Assembly: GCA_016185705.1 (NCBI GenBank)
Contig: JACPMZ010000003.1
Location: 74,900-138,899, forward strand
DNA from: Candidatus Woesearchaeota archaeon
GTDB lineage: Archaea; Nanobdellota; Nanobdellia; Woesearchaeales; UBA10216
Direction of reading: 5' to 3'
DNA: 64,000 bases
A program made the translations under genes and the position numbers. Each line of letters begins with the position of its first letter. Position 1 is the stretch's first letter. Shown here piece after piece: positions 1 to 9,779 of this stretch. Under the pieces are notes generated by a model. That model was not told the DNA's origin, searched no databases, and saw only the letters and a list, made by a program, of their open reading frames with translations.

Positions 1-3000
1 TGCAAAGCCGGTGCAGACGTCAAGGAAGGTGACGTTGATGCCTGTCGTATCATTAAGAGTAATGTGCTTGGTTCCATTGACAGCATGGAAGGTGCTGCTC
101 TTCTGCGCTGACTGGTTGGCAATGTCTGTAATGTTTGCCTCTATGGTGAAGTTGCCAGTCTCGGCAATGTAATAGGTGTAGTTGTGGTAGTAAGTAAGCC
201 CTGTGCTGCCGTTCTGTATGTGCAGGGGCAAGTCAACAGAAGTGTTTGGCATCATGATGCTGACGTTGATTGCTGAAAGCAGCGTGTCAGGGTTGCTGAC
301 CACTTCAACAGTAATGTTTGTGTTGTTCAGGGCATAGGTGTGGTTGGAGCACAGCAGCGTGATAACAGGCAGAGCAGGGCTGGCATCCAGAACCTGAACA
401 GTGACTCTGCTGGCAGCAGTGCTGTTTGTCGTATCGTTGAAAGCGTAAGCAGTAATGTCAAGGTTCTGGGCAGTGATGTTCTCAACAGTGTAGTTGTATT
501 CCCACGTGTTTGAGCCAACGTCAGCGGCAGTGTAGTTTGTGCTGCGTATTGTTATGTTGACCTCATTAATCCAGCCGGTTCCATTAAGCTCAGAAACATT
601 AACCCTGACAACGTCTCCGGGGAATACCTGCGTCAGGTTGTCAATTGTGATGTTTATGGCAGCGATTACAACTTCCATCACATGGATTCCGGAAAAGTTG
701 GAAACGTTCTGCGCATCATTGCTTCTGACTGCATAGAACATCTGCCCTGACGTAAGGTTCTCAGTAACGGTTCTGGTTGTGCCGGAGATTCCGGTAATGT
801 TTACATGAGGAGTGGCAAGGTCGGCATTGTCATCTATGAGCAGGTCGTAAGTTATTGTGTCGCCGTCGTCATCTGAGGATGCGGTCCACGCGATTATAAC
901 GCTGCTGTGCAGCTGCACAGACCCATTCGCCGGAAGGAGCAGAGTGGTGTTTCCGGGAACCGTGTTTGATACTGTAAAGGTCTGCAGAGTTCCCTCGGCA
1001 GTGTTGCCGCCTGTGTCATTTGCATAGTATTTCCACTGCACAACTTCATTGCCTTCCAGCTCAGAAGAGCCTATCACATATGAGTAAAGGCCGCCTGAGT
1101 TATTCGTAACAGTGGTGTTTGCAAGCGAGCCAGTCCAGTTGCCTTCAACCACCACAACTGATACGCGGGCATCGCTGACGCTGGCATTGACTGTAACGTC
1201 AGAGCTTGCAAGCACAGCAGCAGGAATTCTTGTTTCTCCGCCGATAGTCGGAGAGGCGTTGTCATGCAGGTATCTGAAAGCGTCTGTTGATGTTCTTTGG
1301 TTGCCTGCTGTGTCAAAGGCCTTGACGCGCCAATACCATGTGATATCGGAAATCAGCACATCTGTTGAATCGTAATGCTCAGTCGTTGCATTGTTGGAGA
1401 AGTTCACCCACGCAAAGCTTGAGCTGTTCGTTACTTCAATTGTGTAGTTTGCAAGCTTGGCTTCAGCAGCCGCCTCCCAGGTAAATGTCGGGGTAAAGTT
1501 GTTTTCAACAGCGTTGTCAGCAGGCGTAAGAAGCGTGAAGACGCCCGGAGGCGTGGTGTCCTGCGTGGTTGCATTCTGGACAGTCGTGTTGGTGTTAGAG
1601 GCGTTGTCAATGGCATACAGCCTGATTGAATAGTTTGCCACGAGCAGGCCGGAGGTGTTGAAAGTGCTGTTTTCAGTCAACTGCCGTATGAATGTTCCGT
1701 TGTCAGCATAGGAAATGTTGACATAGCTCTCATTAAGGTGTATGTCGCGGGCAGTCCAGTTAATGCTGATGTTTTCTTCGGCGAGCTCTGCTGTTGCCGG
1801 ATTTACAACAAGCTCTATCAACGGCGCAGAATTGTCTGTTATGTACACGAAAGGCTGCGAAGTAAAGCTGTTGGATGCAAGGTCATAAGCAGTTACGCGC
1901 CAGTACCAGTATATGTCATTTGCCAGCGCAACTCCCGGAACCAGGCTTGTATTTGATGAAGCTGCCAATGCATAATAAGTTGCATTGATTGCAGCAAAGG
2001 TGCTTATGTTTGCTATCTGCAGCGTGTAGTTTGCAAAGTTTGACTCGGTTGCTGCTGCCCAGACAAAGGTCGGGCTGGTGTTGGTAGTAATGGTGTCATT
2101 AACAGGCGTGGTCAGGGTGAACGATGCAGGAGCGGTTGTGTCAAACGTGGCTGTATAGTTGACAGTAATTCCGACGTTTGCGTCAGGAACAACCGCGTCT
2201 GCGCATTCAACAGCCCAGACAAGCTGCACGCCGTCATTTACCCCGCTTATGGAGAATTCAGTATTTGAATTCCGCGTAACGCTTTCATTAGTTGCGTTTC
2301 TCAGATAAGCGCCTGTTGCGTTGTGGAACACGCTGCAGTTTGCAATGCCTGTTGCGTCACTGGCTGTAAACGAAATGTTCAGGACTGTGTTCGTGTAGGT
2401 GTCGTTCAAAGGAGAGGTGACTGTAACGTCAGGCGCATTAACGTCAATGCTGAATGTGAAGGTTGCAGATGTGTTAACGTTCTCTGCCCTGTCCGAGCAG
2501 TTGATGCTCCAGTTGTAAGTGCCCTGGTTCATCCTTAAGGTATAGTTGGTCAAAGTGTTGTTGGCAGTGCTGACATCTGAAATGTTGGTTGTATCGTTAA
2601 TCACGAGACTGCATGTCAGGGGCGGGCTTAATTCATCTATGGCTATCCATGTGAAGTTTACGGTCTGCGGCGATACATTCATGTCCAGCGGCTCAGTGAG
2701 GTTTACGAAGCTTGGCACCCTGTTGTCCAATCTGATGGTGCGGGTTTCGGTGGTGTTTTCAGCCGTATTGTTGCTGATGACAGTAACATTGTAGTAATAG
2801 AGCTCGTGCGGGTTGAGGTCAGTGAAGTTCATCAGGCGCAGTGCTGTGTCGTTTGTGCTTGTGATGTTTGTAACATTTGTTGAGGCATTGTAAAGGGCAA
2901 AGGTTATGTTTGAGATGTTTGTTTCTACAATAGTTACGTTAATGAGGATGAACGACTGGTTCAGGGCTGAATCGTTTGCAGCAGTGTTTGCGATGTAGTC

Positions 3001-6000
3001 AATGAACGGAACATTCCTGAGCTGAGTGAAATTTTCAATGTACTGGTTGTTGGCAAAGTCAGTTGCATTAATGGTGATGTTGTAGTGCGAAGCATTAATC
3101 TGATTGGCGTCAAAGCTGATGTTCCAGTAACCATTTGCACGGTCGCCAACATACAGGTCCGGCTTGAGCCATTCTGTCGCCGAGTGAGGCGTCATTATTC
3201 TCACTGAAACGTTCACAAGATTGGTCTGCGTGTCATTTGCGGAGATGTTAATCAGGAAAAAGTCTGTGTGGTGGACAGAGTCGTTAACGAGGTTTATTAT
3301 GGAAATGTTTGGAATGGTGTTGTCAAAAACAACCGATACATTGCCGGTTACAGTCGGGAAGAGGTTGCTGTTGGATGCATTGACCGTGATGTTGTAGCTG
3401 CCTTCCGGAAATGCAGTGGTGTCAATCGTGGCGTTCCAGTAACCAGAAGTTGTGGTTCCTGAGCTTAAGCTCAACGGGATAAGCCCTGTCTGGTTGCCTG
3501 AGGAATTAAGAAGGGTTGCATTCACCGCGCTGACAGTAACAGTTCCGGTTTCATTCACCGATACGTTAATCAGGAGGTTTCCGGATATGTTTGCCCTGTT
3601 GACAGGAACTGTTATGGATACATTTGCAGGGTCATTGTCAATTGTAATTGTGGAAGCGTTTGTTACATTCTGGTTGCCTGCAACGTCAGTGGCGTTAATC
3701 GTAATGTTGTACTCGTCATCGCCAGTGTTTGTTGTTATGAGCGTTGCGTTCCATGAGCCCACGAACAGAGTGCCATCAGACAGGTTGGCATCAAGCCAGT
3801 CAAGCACTGTGTCGCCGTCTGCGGTCTGAAGCCTGTAAGTTACATTCAGGACTCCGCTCGTGGTTTCATTCACAGAGCCGTTTATCTGTATGGTGCCGCG
3901 CTGCACTGTTCCCGAAGCCGGTGTTATTACAGATATGTTGGGAGGCGTGTTGTCAATGGTAACTGTTGTTGCGTTGGTTACATTCTGGTTCTTTACGAAG
4001 TCAGTGGCGTTGATTGTGATGTTGTACTCGCCGTCTGCAATAGCCGTGCTGTCAAACGTCATGTTCCAGTGGCCGTTATCGGCGTTGCCATCGTAGAGCT
4101 TCACGTCCAGCCAAGCAGAGGTTGTGCCGCCTGCTGAATGCAGCCGGAACGTAACATTCATCACTCCTGTGCCAGAATCATTCACTGAGGAGTTAATCAG
4201 GAAACTGCCTAACTGTGTTGAGCCGCTGACAGGAACCATTATTGACACGTTAGGCACGTTATTGTCAATGGTTATGGACACATTCTCAGATATGTTTGTG
4301 TTTCTGCTCTTCTCATCAGTCCACGGAATGCTTCCTGAGTCAGTGGCATTAGAGCTCAAATTGTATACGCCGTCAGCAATGCCCAAGGCAACAGTGTCAA
4401 TGGTTACGTTCCGGTAGCCGGATTTGAGCGAGCCAACGCTTAAATTAGTGGCGATGGGCGAAACTGAATGCACAGAGCCGGGCCGAAGCAAGCTGATATT
4501 AACGTCAGGCACATCGCTTTCAGTGTCATTTACAGAAACGTTTATCGTAAAGGAGCCGGAAATGTTTTCCATTGCAGCAGGCAGCTGGATGCTGTTGTTC
4601 GGGGGAGTGGTGTCGAGCTCAATCTGCAGGTGGGTGTGGTTTACGATAACAAAGTCGTAGGGATTTGTTCCCTCTGACCAGCCGACTGCGATGTCTGTGT
4701 TGTTGGACACCTCCGGGGCAGTAAGCCCCTGCTTGACAGTTGAGGTGTTGACAAGCGTAAACTCCCCAGACCATGAGGTGTTGTCCCAAATCCTGTAAAG
4801 AACGGATTCATTGCCCTCAGGCGTGACATTAATGTAATACAGGAACAGGTGAGTGTCGTTCCTGCTGAGAACAGGGCCTGTCAGCTTTGGCAGGTTAGAG
4901 TCAGGTGCGGTAAACTGCTGAACCAGCGTCCAATCTGTCCTGTCGCCGCCGTCGCTTCTGAAATGACTGAGGGAGGTGTCGTTTGCAAAAACCACGTGGA
5001 TGTCAATATCGCCGCTGTTGTTGAACGAAATACCGCTCCATTGAGACGCGGAGCCTGTACCTCTGCCAAAAGTGGTGGATGCGGTCTGGGCTACGGCAAC
5101 CCCGCCATTCCAGGTGACATTCGATGCTTGGGCACCATCGCCTGCTGACACTGAAATCCTCATCATGTTGCCATTCTGAAGCGGGAAGAACTTGGACGAA
5201 GGGAAATTGGAGCCGGTGCTAGGCAGAGTCACATTCCAGTCGCCATCCCAGCTGTCGCCGTTGTCCGGATTAAGACTGTAATTATTCGGGAAAGTACTTG
5301 AGTGGCAGTTATTGCCTTCCTGGCCCGCAAAATAATAGTTCTCAGTGCTGATTCCAACTGTGGCGCCTGTGCCAGCGCACGCATCAGCCTGCTGTTTCAG
5401 CGAATAATTTATGGTAAAGTTGACGCTGCCGTCTGGAAAGGTGTTGCCGCGGGTGAAATTCATATATTTCTTAGTGCCATCATCACGAAGGCCAATAAAC
5501 AGGAAAGTGTCAAAGCCGTTTATTTCCTTGTAAACAACGTCGCCCCTGCTGGTGGTCCCGCCAGGCTGCTGCTCAGGGCTGCCCTTATTCCACACCACAA
5601 GGTCTGAACTGAAGTTGTGCTTGTATACATTGCTGTCAATATACCACGCAAACCAGTTGTTCCCGTCCCAGAAAATCTTTCTTTCGTAAGGAAAGTTGGA
5701 GATGATTGCTGAGTCAGTGAAAACAGTCGGGTCTATTGTTATGTTGCCTGCGTCCTTAATGCCATTAATCCGCACGACACTGCCGTCGCCTGATAAAGCA
5801 AAGCTGGATGCGATGTCAGAAAAGTCATACGTCAGGCTGCCGAGGTTTATCTGCATGGCATCGTGGTCAATGTTGAGCAGCCCGATGTTTGAGCTGCTGA
5901 AGTCCATGCCCAGGTATTCCATGCTATTCTTCAGGTTCTGGCAGTCCTGCGTGGCGTTCGCCAAAGTTAATCCAAAGTCCTGCTTCCAGCTGTTCAGGTC

Positions 6001-8712
6001 AATGTCTGACTTATCCCAGCTGAGTGCGTAGCAGCCGGCAGTATCCTCGGGAACGTAATGCCTGTTTCCGTTTGCGGACATGAAAACCCTGTAGCTCAGC
6101 TCGTTCCGGCTGCCGGAGTCTGTCCAGTTAAGGACAAAATGGGAGCTGTTCCAGGCAAACTGCGTCTGGAAGTCGCTGATGCTCTTGCGTGCCACGCGCA
6201 CAACTGTATCAGGCGAAAGCACGTCGTAAAATGCTTCAGCAACCGCTCCTGAGTAGTTGAAGTGCTGCACGTGCCTGCCATTGGTTTTTACAGTTGCCGT
6301 ATGGAACATTGTCTGGTTGCATTCCAGATTCCTTACTGAGTATCCGACGATATGGCTGCCGTCAGTCAACACTTCAGGGGCAATTACTGTTTCGCCGCAG
6401 CTGAACTGCACGAATTCAAGGTCCGGCTGCCGCTGCACGCCGTCCTTAAAGCCGGAGTAGCTCGTGCCGTTTGCAGCGGTTATTGTCAGGTTGCCGATGC
6501 CGGTTGCGTTAAATTCAACAGTCCAGTTCCTCTCAATGAAATCCTTTGTGTAAACATTAAAGATGAATATCTCAACCTCGTACAGAATGCTGCTTAAGCT
6601 TGGAACTATCCACTCAACCCTGTCAATCAGCCCGTTACTGTTGGTGTCAATTTTCTTAATGCCAGTGATTTCCACTTTTGTTCCGTTGACCAACGCGAAA
6701 AGCTTAACGAAATTCTCAGGGGTTTCCCTTATGTCAGTGTAGGCAGTGATGTTTTCGTAATGGGTTTCTGAAGAGATGTTAATCTGCTTCCTCGTTGAAT
6801 CTGTTTCATTTTCCATGGCTATTGGCGCAGGCGTCTGGTATTCCACTTCCAGCTCGGTGGCGTTTTCCTCAATAACCAGCGTTATGTTTTCGTCCACAGT
6901 GTCCTTCAGCAGTTTTTCCCTGGATGCTGCGACTGTTTTCAGGTGGCTGTCAAGCGTCTCAACTTTTTTGCCGATGCGCTCCTCCCTCTCAACCTTTACG
7001 CTGCCTGCAATGCTTTCGTTGTTTTCCCTGACTGTGATGTTAATTGCTTCCTTGGGAATCTCTGTTGTTGTGCTGGACTCATTCACCAGCGTGATTATTT
7101 TCTTCCACGACACTGGCTCGTTGATAACTGCCCGGCCCTGCACCAGTGTTTCGTCCTTGTCAGTAATGTTGCTGCGCGTTATGTTGAATGTGTTGGAGAC
7201 AGCAGAGTAGTCCAGGTCGGATGCTGTGATGAAGGCAAAGGCAGTTCCTTTGAATCCATTTTCAGCCAGTATGGACGCTGTGCCATCTGCAATATCTATC
7301 TTAACATCTCCTATGACTGTCGCATTGTAAGTAAGCTCATCACTGTCAGGGTCTTTGAAATGCTCGGGCAGCAGGATTCTTGCGCCAGTTGTCATGTTGC
7401 CAATGTCTGCGAAGAAATATGGCGGCCTGTTATCAAGATAGACTGTCAGTTCAGCAGTGTTCCCGGTTGTGGAGTTTAAGTCAGACGCTGTAAAAGTTAT
7501 TAAAGCTGTTCCTGCAAAGTTTTTTGCATGCGTTATCGCTGCAATGCTTCCGTTGATTGAAACATCTGCTATGTCAGCCAGCGTATATGTTGCTGCAAAC
7601 ATCAGCTCATCCCCTTCAGCGTCGTAGAAGTACCTGCTCAGGTTCAGCGTAAGCGTAGCATTCTGCTTTATGCTTTGGGCAGGTATTGGAAGCGCTTTCG
7701 GAGCGGCATTTTCCGAGAATGCAGCTTTGTAAGTCAGCGAATCTATGACAAGGACTGCATCCTGGACTGAAACAATCAGCTTTGCAGACCTGCTCGTTCC
7801 GCTTAATGCGCAGGTTTCAACACATTTGTTGCTGAATCTTGTTACCGGCAGGAACACTGCCTGCAGCGAGCTCCACCCGCTCGAGACAACATCCACAGCA
7901 GGTTCAGTAATTTCAAGGGTGTAATTCGCATAGATGACCTGCGCGCTCACAGTGTTGTTAAAGCCAGTTCCATAAGCTCCGTAAGGAATGTTGAGGGTCT
8001 GCCAATTGTTGGAAACAGGAGCAAGCTCTGCCAGGCTGCAGCATGCGGCATTGCCATTGCAGATAACAGTGGAAGTGTCTTTGTTTGCAGGGGCAATCTG
8101 CCAGCGCGTGCACAGATTTTCTTCAGGAACAGGCCAGCTGAATGCGGTGTTGTGCACTGTGTAGTCAATCGAGCCCTCACTTGTGTCAATGCCGTCATCA
8201 TCAGGGTCAAAGGCTGTTCCTGAATTGTACTCAAGCACGACTTCAATTGACTTATCAGCACTTTCAACCTGCCTGCCTGCTGCGGCATCTGACTCATCGG
8301 TTGCATTGGGAACAAAGTCAAATATCGGAACAGTGGTGTGCAGCTCCCTTATGTCCCTGACAAGCTGGCCTGATATTGACAGGAAGTTGCCGTTGCCATT
8401 GCCGGAAGCGGATTGGTTAAGGACAACATAACGCTTCCCCTCAATTTCAAGCAAAACAGCTACAGGGCCTGTTCCAACAATCACGCCGCTTACCGAAACT
8501 GAAGATGGAGGGGCATCCAGAGCCAGAGGAATTTCAGCATATGTGGCATTTGCAGACGATATGTGCAGGTCAAGCGTCTGTGTAATGGTTTTCTCAGCCA
8601 CCAAAAAGCCGGTAAGAGAAAGCTGGTCTGCGATTGCCAGCAGTGTAAGCATCAGAACTACAGCGAACACTGCTGCTCCGAATCCCTGCGCGGCTCTTTC
8701 AGAGCGGGTCAT
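1..8712 (-). CDS. Giant secreted/cell-surface protein (>2,904 aa, truncated by the window edge), Asn/Thr/Ser-rich with repeated Ig/cadherin/FN3-like modules
   Basis: ATG at 8712 overlaps the TGA of the 8709..8963 ORF (ATGA). It translates MTRSERAAQGFGAAVFAVVLMLTLLAIA..., a hydrophobic signal/anchor. Spot checks show the same frame open at position 1 (...GINVTFLDVCTGFA). The ORF track presumably missed it because it has no stop inside the window. Many N-x-S/T sequons and DNxxP-type repeats. Confidence 0.88.
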   Translation of the reverse strand, partial: MTRSERAAQGFGAAVFAVVLMLTLLAIADQLSLTGFLVAEKTITQTLDLHISSANATYAEIPLALDAPPSSVSVSGVIVGTGPVAVLLEIEGKRYVVLNQSASGNGNGNFLSISGQLVRDIRELHTTVPIFDFVPNATDESDAAAGRQVESADKSIEVVLEYNSGTAFDPDDDGIDTSEGSIDYTVHNTAFSWPVPEENLCTRWQIAPANKDTSTVICNGNAACCSLAELAPVSNNWQTLNIPYGAYGTGFNNTVSAQVIYANYTLEITEPAVDVVSSGWSSLQAVFLPVTRFSNKCVETCALSGTSRSAKLIVSVQDAVLVIDSLTYKAAFSENAAPKALPIPAQSIKQNATLTLNLSRYFYDAEGDELMFAATYTLADIADVSINGSIAAITHAKNFAGTALITFTASDLNSTTGNTAELTVYLDNRPPYFFADIGNMTTGARILLPEHFKDPDSDELTYNATVIGDVKIDIADGTASILAENGFKGTAFAFITASDLDYSAVSNTFNITRSNITDKDETLVQGRAVINEPVSWKKIITLVNESSTTTEIPKEAINITVRENNESIAGSVKVEREERIGKKVETLDSHLKTVAASREKLLKDTVDENITLVIEENATELEVEYQTPAPIAMENETDSTRKQINISSETHYENITAYTDIRETPENFVKLFALVNGTKVEITGIKKIDTNSNGLIDRVEWIVPSLSSILYEVEIFIFNVYTKDFIERNWTVEFNATGIGNLTITAANGTSYSGFKDGVQRQPDLEFVQFSCGETVIAPEVLTDGSHIVGYSVRNLECNQTMFHTATVKTNGRHVQHFNYSGAVAEAFYDVLSPDTVVRVARKSISDFQTQFAWNSSHFVLNWTDSGSRNELSYRVFMSANGNRHYVPEDTAGCYALSWDKSDIDLNSWKQDFGLTLANATQDCQNLKNSMEYLGMDFSSSNIGLLNIDHDAMQINLGSLTYDFSDIASSFALSGDGSVVRINGIKDAGNITIDPTVFTDSAIISNFPYERKIFWDGNNWFAWYIDSNVYKHNFSSDLVVWNKGSPEQQPGGTTSRGDVVYKEINGFDTFLFIGLRDDGTKKYMNFTRGNTFPDGSVNFTINYSLKQQADACAGTGATVGISTENYYFAGQEGNNCHSSTFPNNYSLNPDNGDSWDGDWNVTLPSTGSNFPSSKFFPLQNGNMMRISVSAGDGAQASNVTWNGGVAVAQTASTTFGRGTGSASQWSGISFNNSGDIDIHVVFANDTSLSHFRSDGGDRTDWTLVQQFTAPDSNLPKLTGPVLSRNDTHLFLYYINVTPEGNESVLYRIWDNTSWSGEFTLVNTSTVKQGLTAPEVSNNTDIAVGWSEGTNPYDFVIVNHTHLQIELDTTPPNNSIQLPAAMENISGSFTINVSVNDTESDVPDVNISLLRPGSVHSVSPIATNLSVGSLKSGYRNVTIDTVALGIADGVYNLSSNATDSGSIPWTDEKSRNTNISENVSITIDNNVPNVSIMVPVSGSTQLGSFLINSSVNDSGTGVMNVTFRLHSAGGTTSAWLDVKLYDGNADNGHWNMTFDSTAIADGEYNITINATDFVKNQNVTNATTVTIDNTPPNISVITPASGTVQRGTIQINGSVNETTSGVLNVTYRLQTADGDTVLDWLDANLSDGTLFVGSWNATLITTNTGDDEYNITINATDVAGNQNVTNASTITIDNDPANVSITVPVNRANISGNLLINVSVNETGTVTVSAVNATLLNSSGNQTGLIPLSLSSGTTTSGYWNATIDTTAFPEGSYNITVNASNSNLFPTVTGNVSVVFDNTIPNISIINLVNDSVHHTDFFLINISANDTQTNLVNVSVRIMTPHSATEWLKPDLYVGDRANGYWNISFDANQINASHYNITINATDFANNQYIENFTQLRNVPFIDYIANTAANDSALNQSFILINVTIVETNISNITFALYNASTNVTNITSTNDTALRLMNFTDLNPHELYYYNVTVISNNTAENTTETRTIRLDNRVPSFVNLTEPLDMNVSPQTVNFTWIAIDELSPPLTCSLVINDTTNISDVSTANNTLTNYTLRMNQGTYNWSINCSDRAENVNTSATFTFSIDVNAPDVTVTSPLNDTYTNTVLNISFTASDATGIANCSVFHNATGAYLRNATNESVTRNSNTEFSISGVNDGVQLVWAVECADAVVPDANVGITVNYTATFDTTAPASFTLTTPVNDTITTNTSPTFVWAAATESNFANYTLQIANISTFAAINATYYALAASSNTSLVPGVALANDIYWYWRVTAYDLASNSFTSQPFVYITDNSAPLIELVVNPATAELAEENISINWTARDIHLNESYVNISYADNGTFIRQLTENSTFNTSGLLVANYSIRLYAIDNASNTNTTVQNATTQDTTPPGVFTLLTPADNAVENNFTPTFTWEAAAEAKLANYTIEVTNSSSFAWVNFSNNATTEHYDSTDVLISDITWYWRVKAFDTAGNQRTSTDAFRYLHDNASPTIGGETRIPAAVLASSDVTVNASVSDARVSVVVVEGNWTGSLANTTVTNNSGGLYSYVIGSSELEGNEVVQWKYYANDTGGNTAEGTLQTFTVSNTVPGNTTLLLPANGSVQLHSSVIIAWTASSDDDGDTITYDLLIDDNADLATPHVNITGISGTTRTVTENLTSGQMFYAVRSNDAQNVSNFSGIHVMEVVIAAINITIDNLTQVFPGDVVRVNVSELNGTGWINEVNITIRSTNYTAADVGSNTWEYNYTVENITAQNLDITAYAFNDTTNSTAASRVTVQVLDASPALPVITLLCSNHTYALNNTNITVEVVSNPDTLLSAINVSIMMPNTSVDLPLHIQNGSTGLTYYHNYTYYIAETGNFTIEANITDIANQSAQKSSTFHAVNGTKHITLNDTTGINVTFLDVCTGFA

Positions 8713-8963
8713 GCCCTACCTCCAAAAACATTGTCCTCAAACACCCAGACAGCACCTTTCGTGCTAATCACGATTTTTTTGCTGAGCTGCAGGTAGTCAA
8801 GAACCTGAAGCAAAGTGCCGTGCATCACCTTTTTCGGAAGCTGCCTTTTGATGTCAGCAACGCTCAGCGGCTGCGCAGAAGACTTGAGAACGCCCTCAAC
8901 CATGAGAATGGTGTTCAAAGTAGGAGAATGCATGCTCCGGGATGTACGCCCCTTTTTCCTCAT
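8709..8963 (-). CDS. Small winged-helix-like DNA-binding protein, translationally coupled to the giant surface protein
   Basis: 84 aa basic ORF with a helix pattern and C-terminal beta-wing (KIVISTKGAVWVF). ATGA overlap with the downstream gene. Confidence 0.6.
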   Translation of the reverse strand: MRKKGRTSRSMHSPTLNTILMVEGVLKSSAQPLSVADIKRQLPKKVMHGTLLQVLDYLQLSKKIVISTKGAVWVFEDNVFGGRA

Positions 8964-8989
8964 GACTTAACCTTCAACACTTAACACTT

Positions 8990-9215
8990 CAGTATATTTA
9001 TATATCAATTATGTATGAAAATGATTTTATTTAAAATTGAAATATTACGATTTAATATTAATTTAAATAAATCCGATATTTTTTTAATATTTATAATCAT
9101 TAACTTAATCTAATATTATATTTTTTTAAAGTAATTAGATATTCTTATACCTCTTTTTCTTATTAATTTAATTTTTTTTTGTATTGATTTAATACTAACT
9201 GATATACATTTATAT
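8990..9215. promoter_or_regulatory. Extremely AT-rich intergenic tract (promoter region or possible unwinding element)
   Basis: For example 9061-9120 has only ~6 G/C in 60 nt. Contains multiple TATA-like boxes. Confidence 0.45.
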
Positions 9216-9514
9216 ATATTCTTTTCGGTTTTTGGGAGAATGCGTTGATCTTAAATCCAGAACTTTTATAGCCTGTTCATTCACTGTGCTCTTGACTTTT
9301 ATGCCAGCGACAGCAGGATGATTCTTCTTGATGAAGTTTTCTCCGGGCTTTATTCCCTGCTTGAATTTCTTCTTTGAGTAGAGAAAAACTGCTGTAACAA
9401 GATCATCTCGCTCAGGAGCAAGCATTTCAGAATCAATGAGAATGTCTTCGGATGCAAGAGCATGTTCTGGCTCAAATTCGTGGTTTTCAGGTTTTTTGAC
9501 TCCTTAGTGGCTTT

Positions 9515-9569
9515 ATGACGCTTTTTAGAAAATCCGTCATAACTACTTTCAAATGATGAAACATTTATA
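9515..9569 (+). repeat. 55-bp direct repeat, copy 1, with palindromic core TTATGACG-N14-CGTCATAA
   Basis: atgacgctttttagaaaatccgtcataactactttcaaatgatgaaacatttata is identical to 13121-13175. A degenerate palindrome copy lies at 9644-9670. Confidence 0.92.
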
Positions 9570-9779
9570 ATCCGTCCTATCTATTACCACGTCGTGAATA
9601 CGGATAATTTCTCATTTTTAAGGATTTGACCATTTTACGACGCTATGACGCTTTCCTCAAATCCGTCATAAGCAGATGAGTTTTTCTGAAAACCCAGATG
9701 AAAGTAAGCGGAAACTTCAGAAATCGACGGAAATTTGAATTTCTTTGCTCTGATCTTGAATATAAAGTTAGAAAGTCTC

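Noticed and set aside
327..8796. Dozens of short ORF-track entries on both strands
   Set aside because: They are shadow frames of the single giant minus-strand gene.
8990..9215. Replication origin
   Set aside because: It is AT-rich, but no ORB repeats or cdc6/orc1 gene are recognisable nearby.
9210..9425. 71-aa ORF next to the RM cassette
   Set aside because: No recognisable motif or clear start context; it cannot be supported as a gene.
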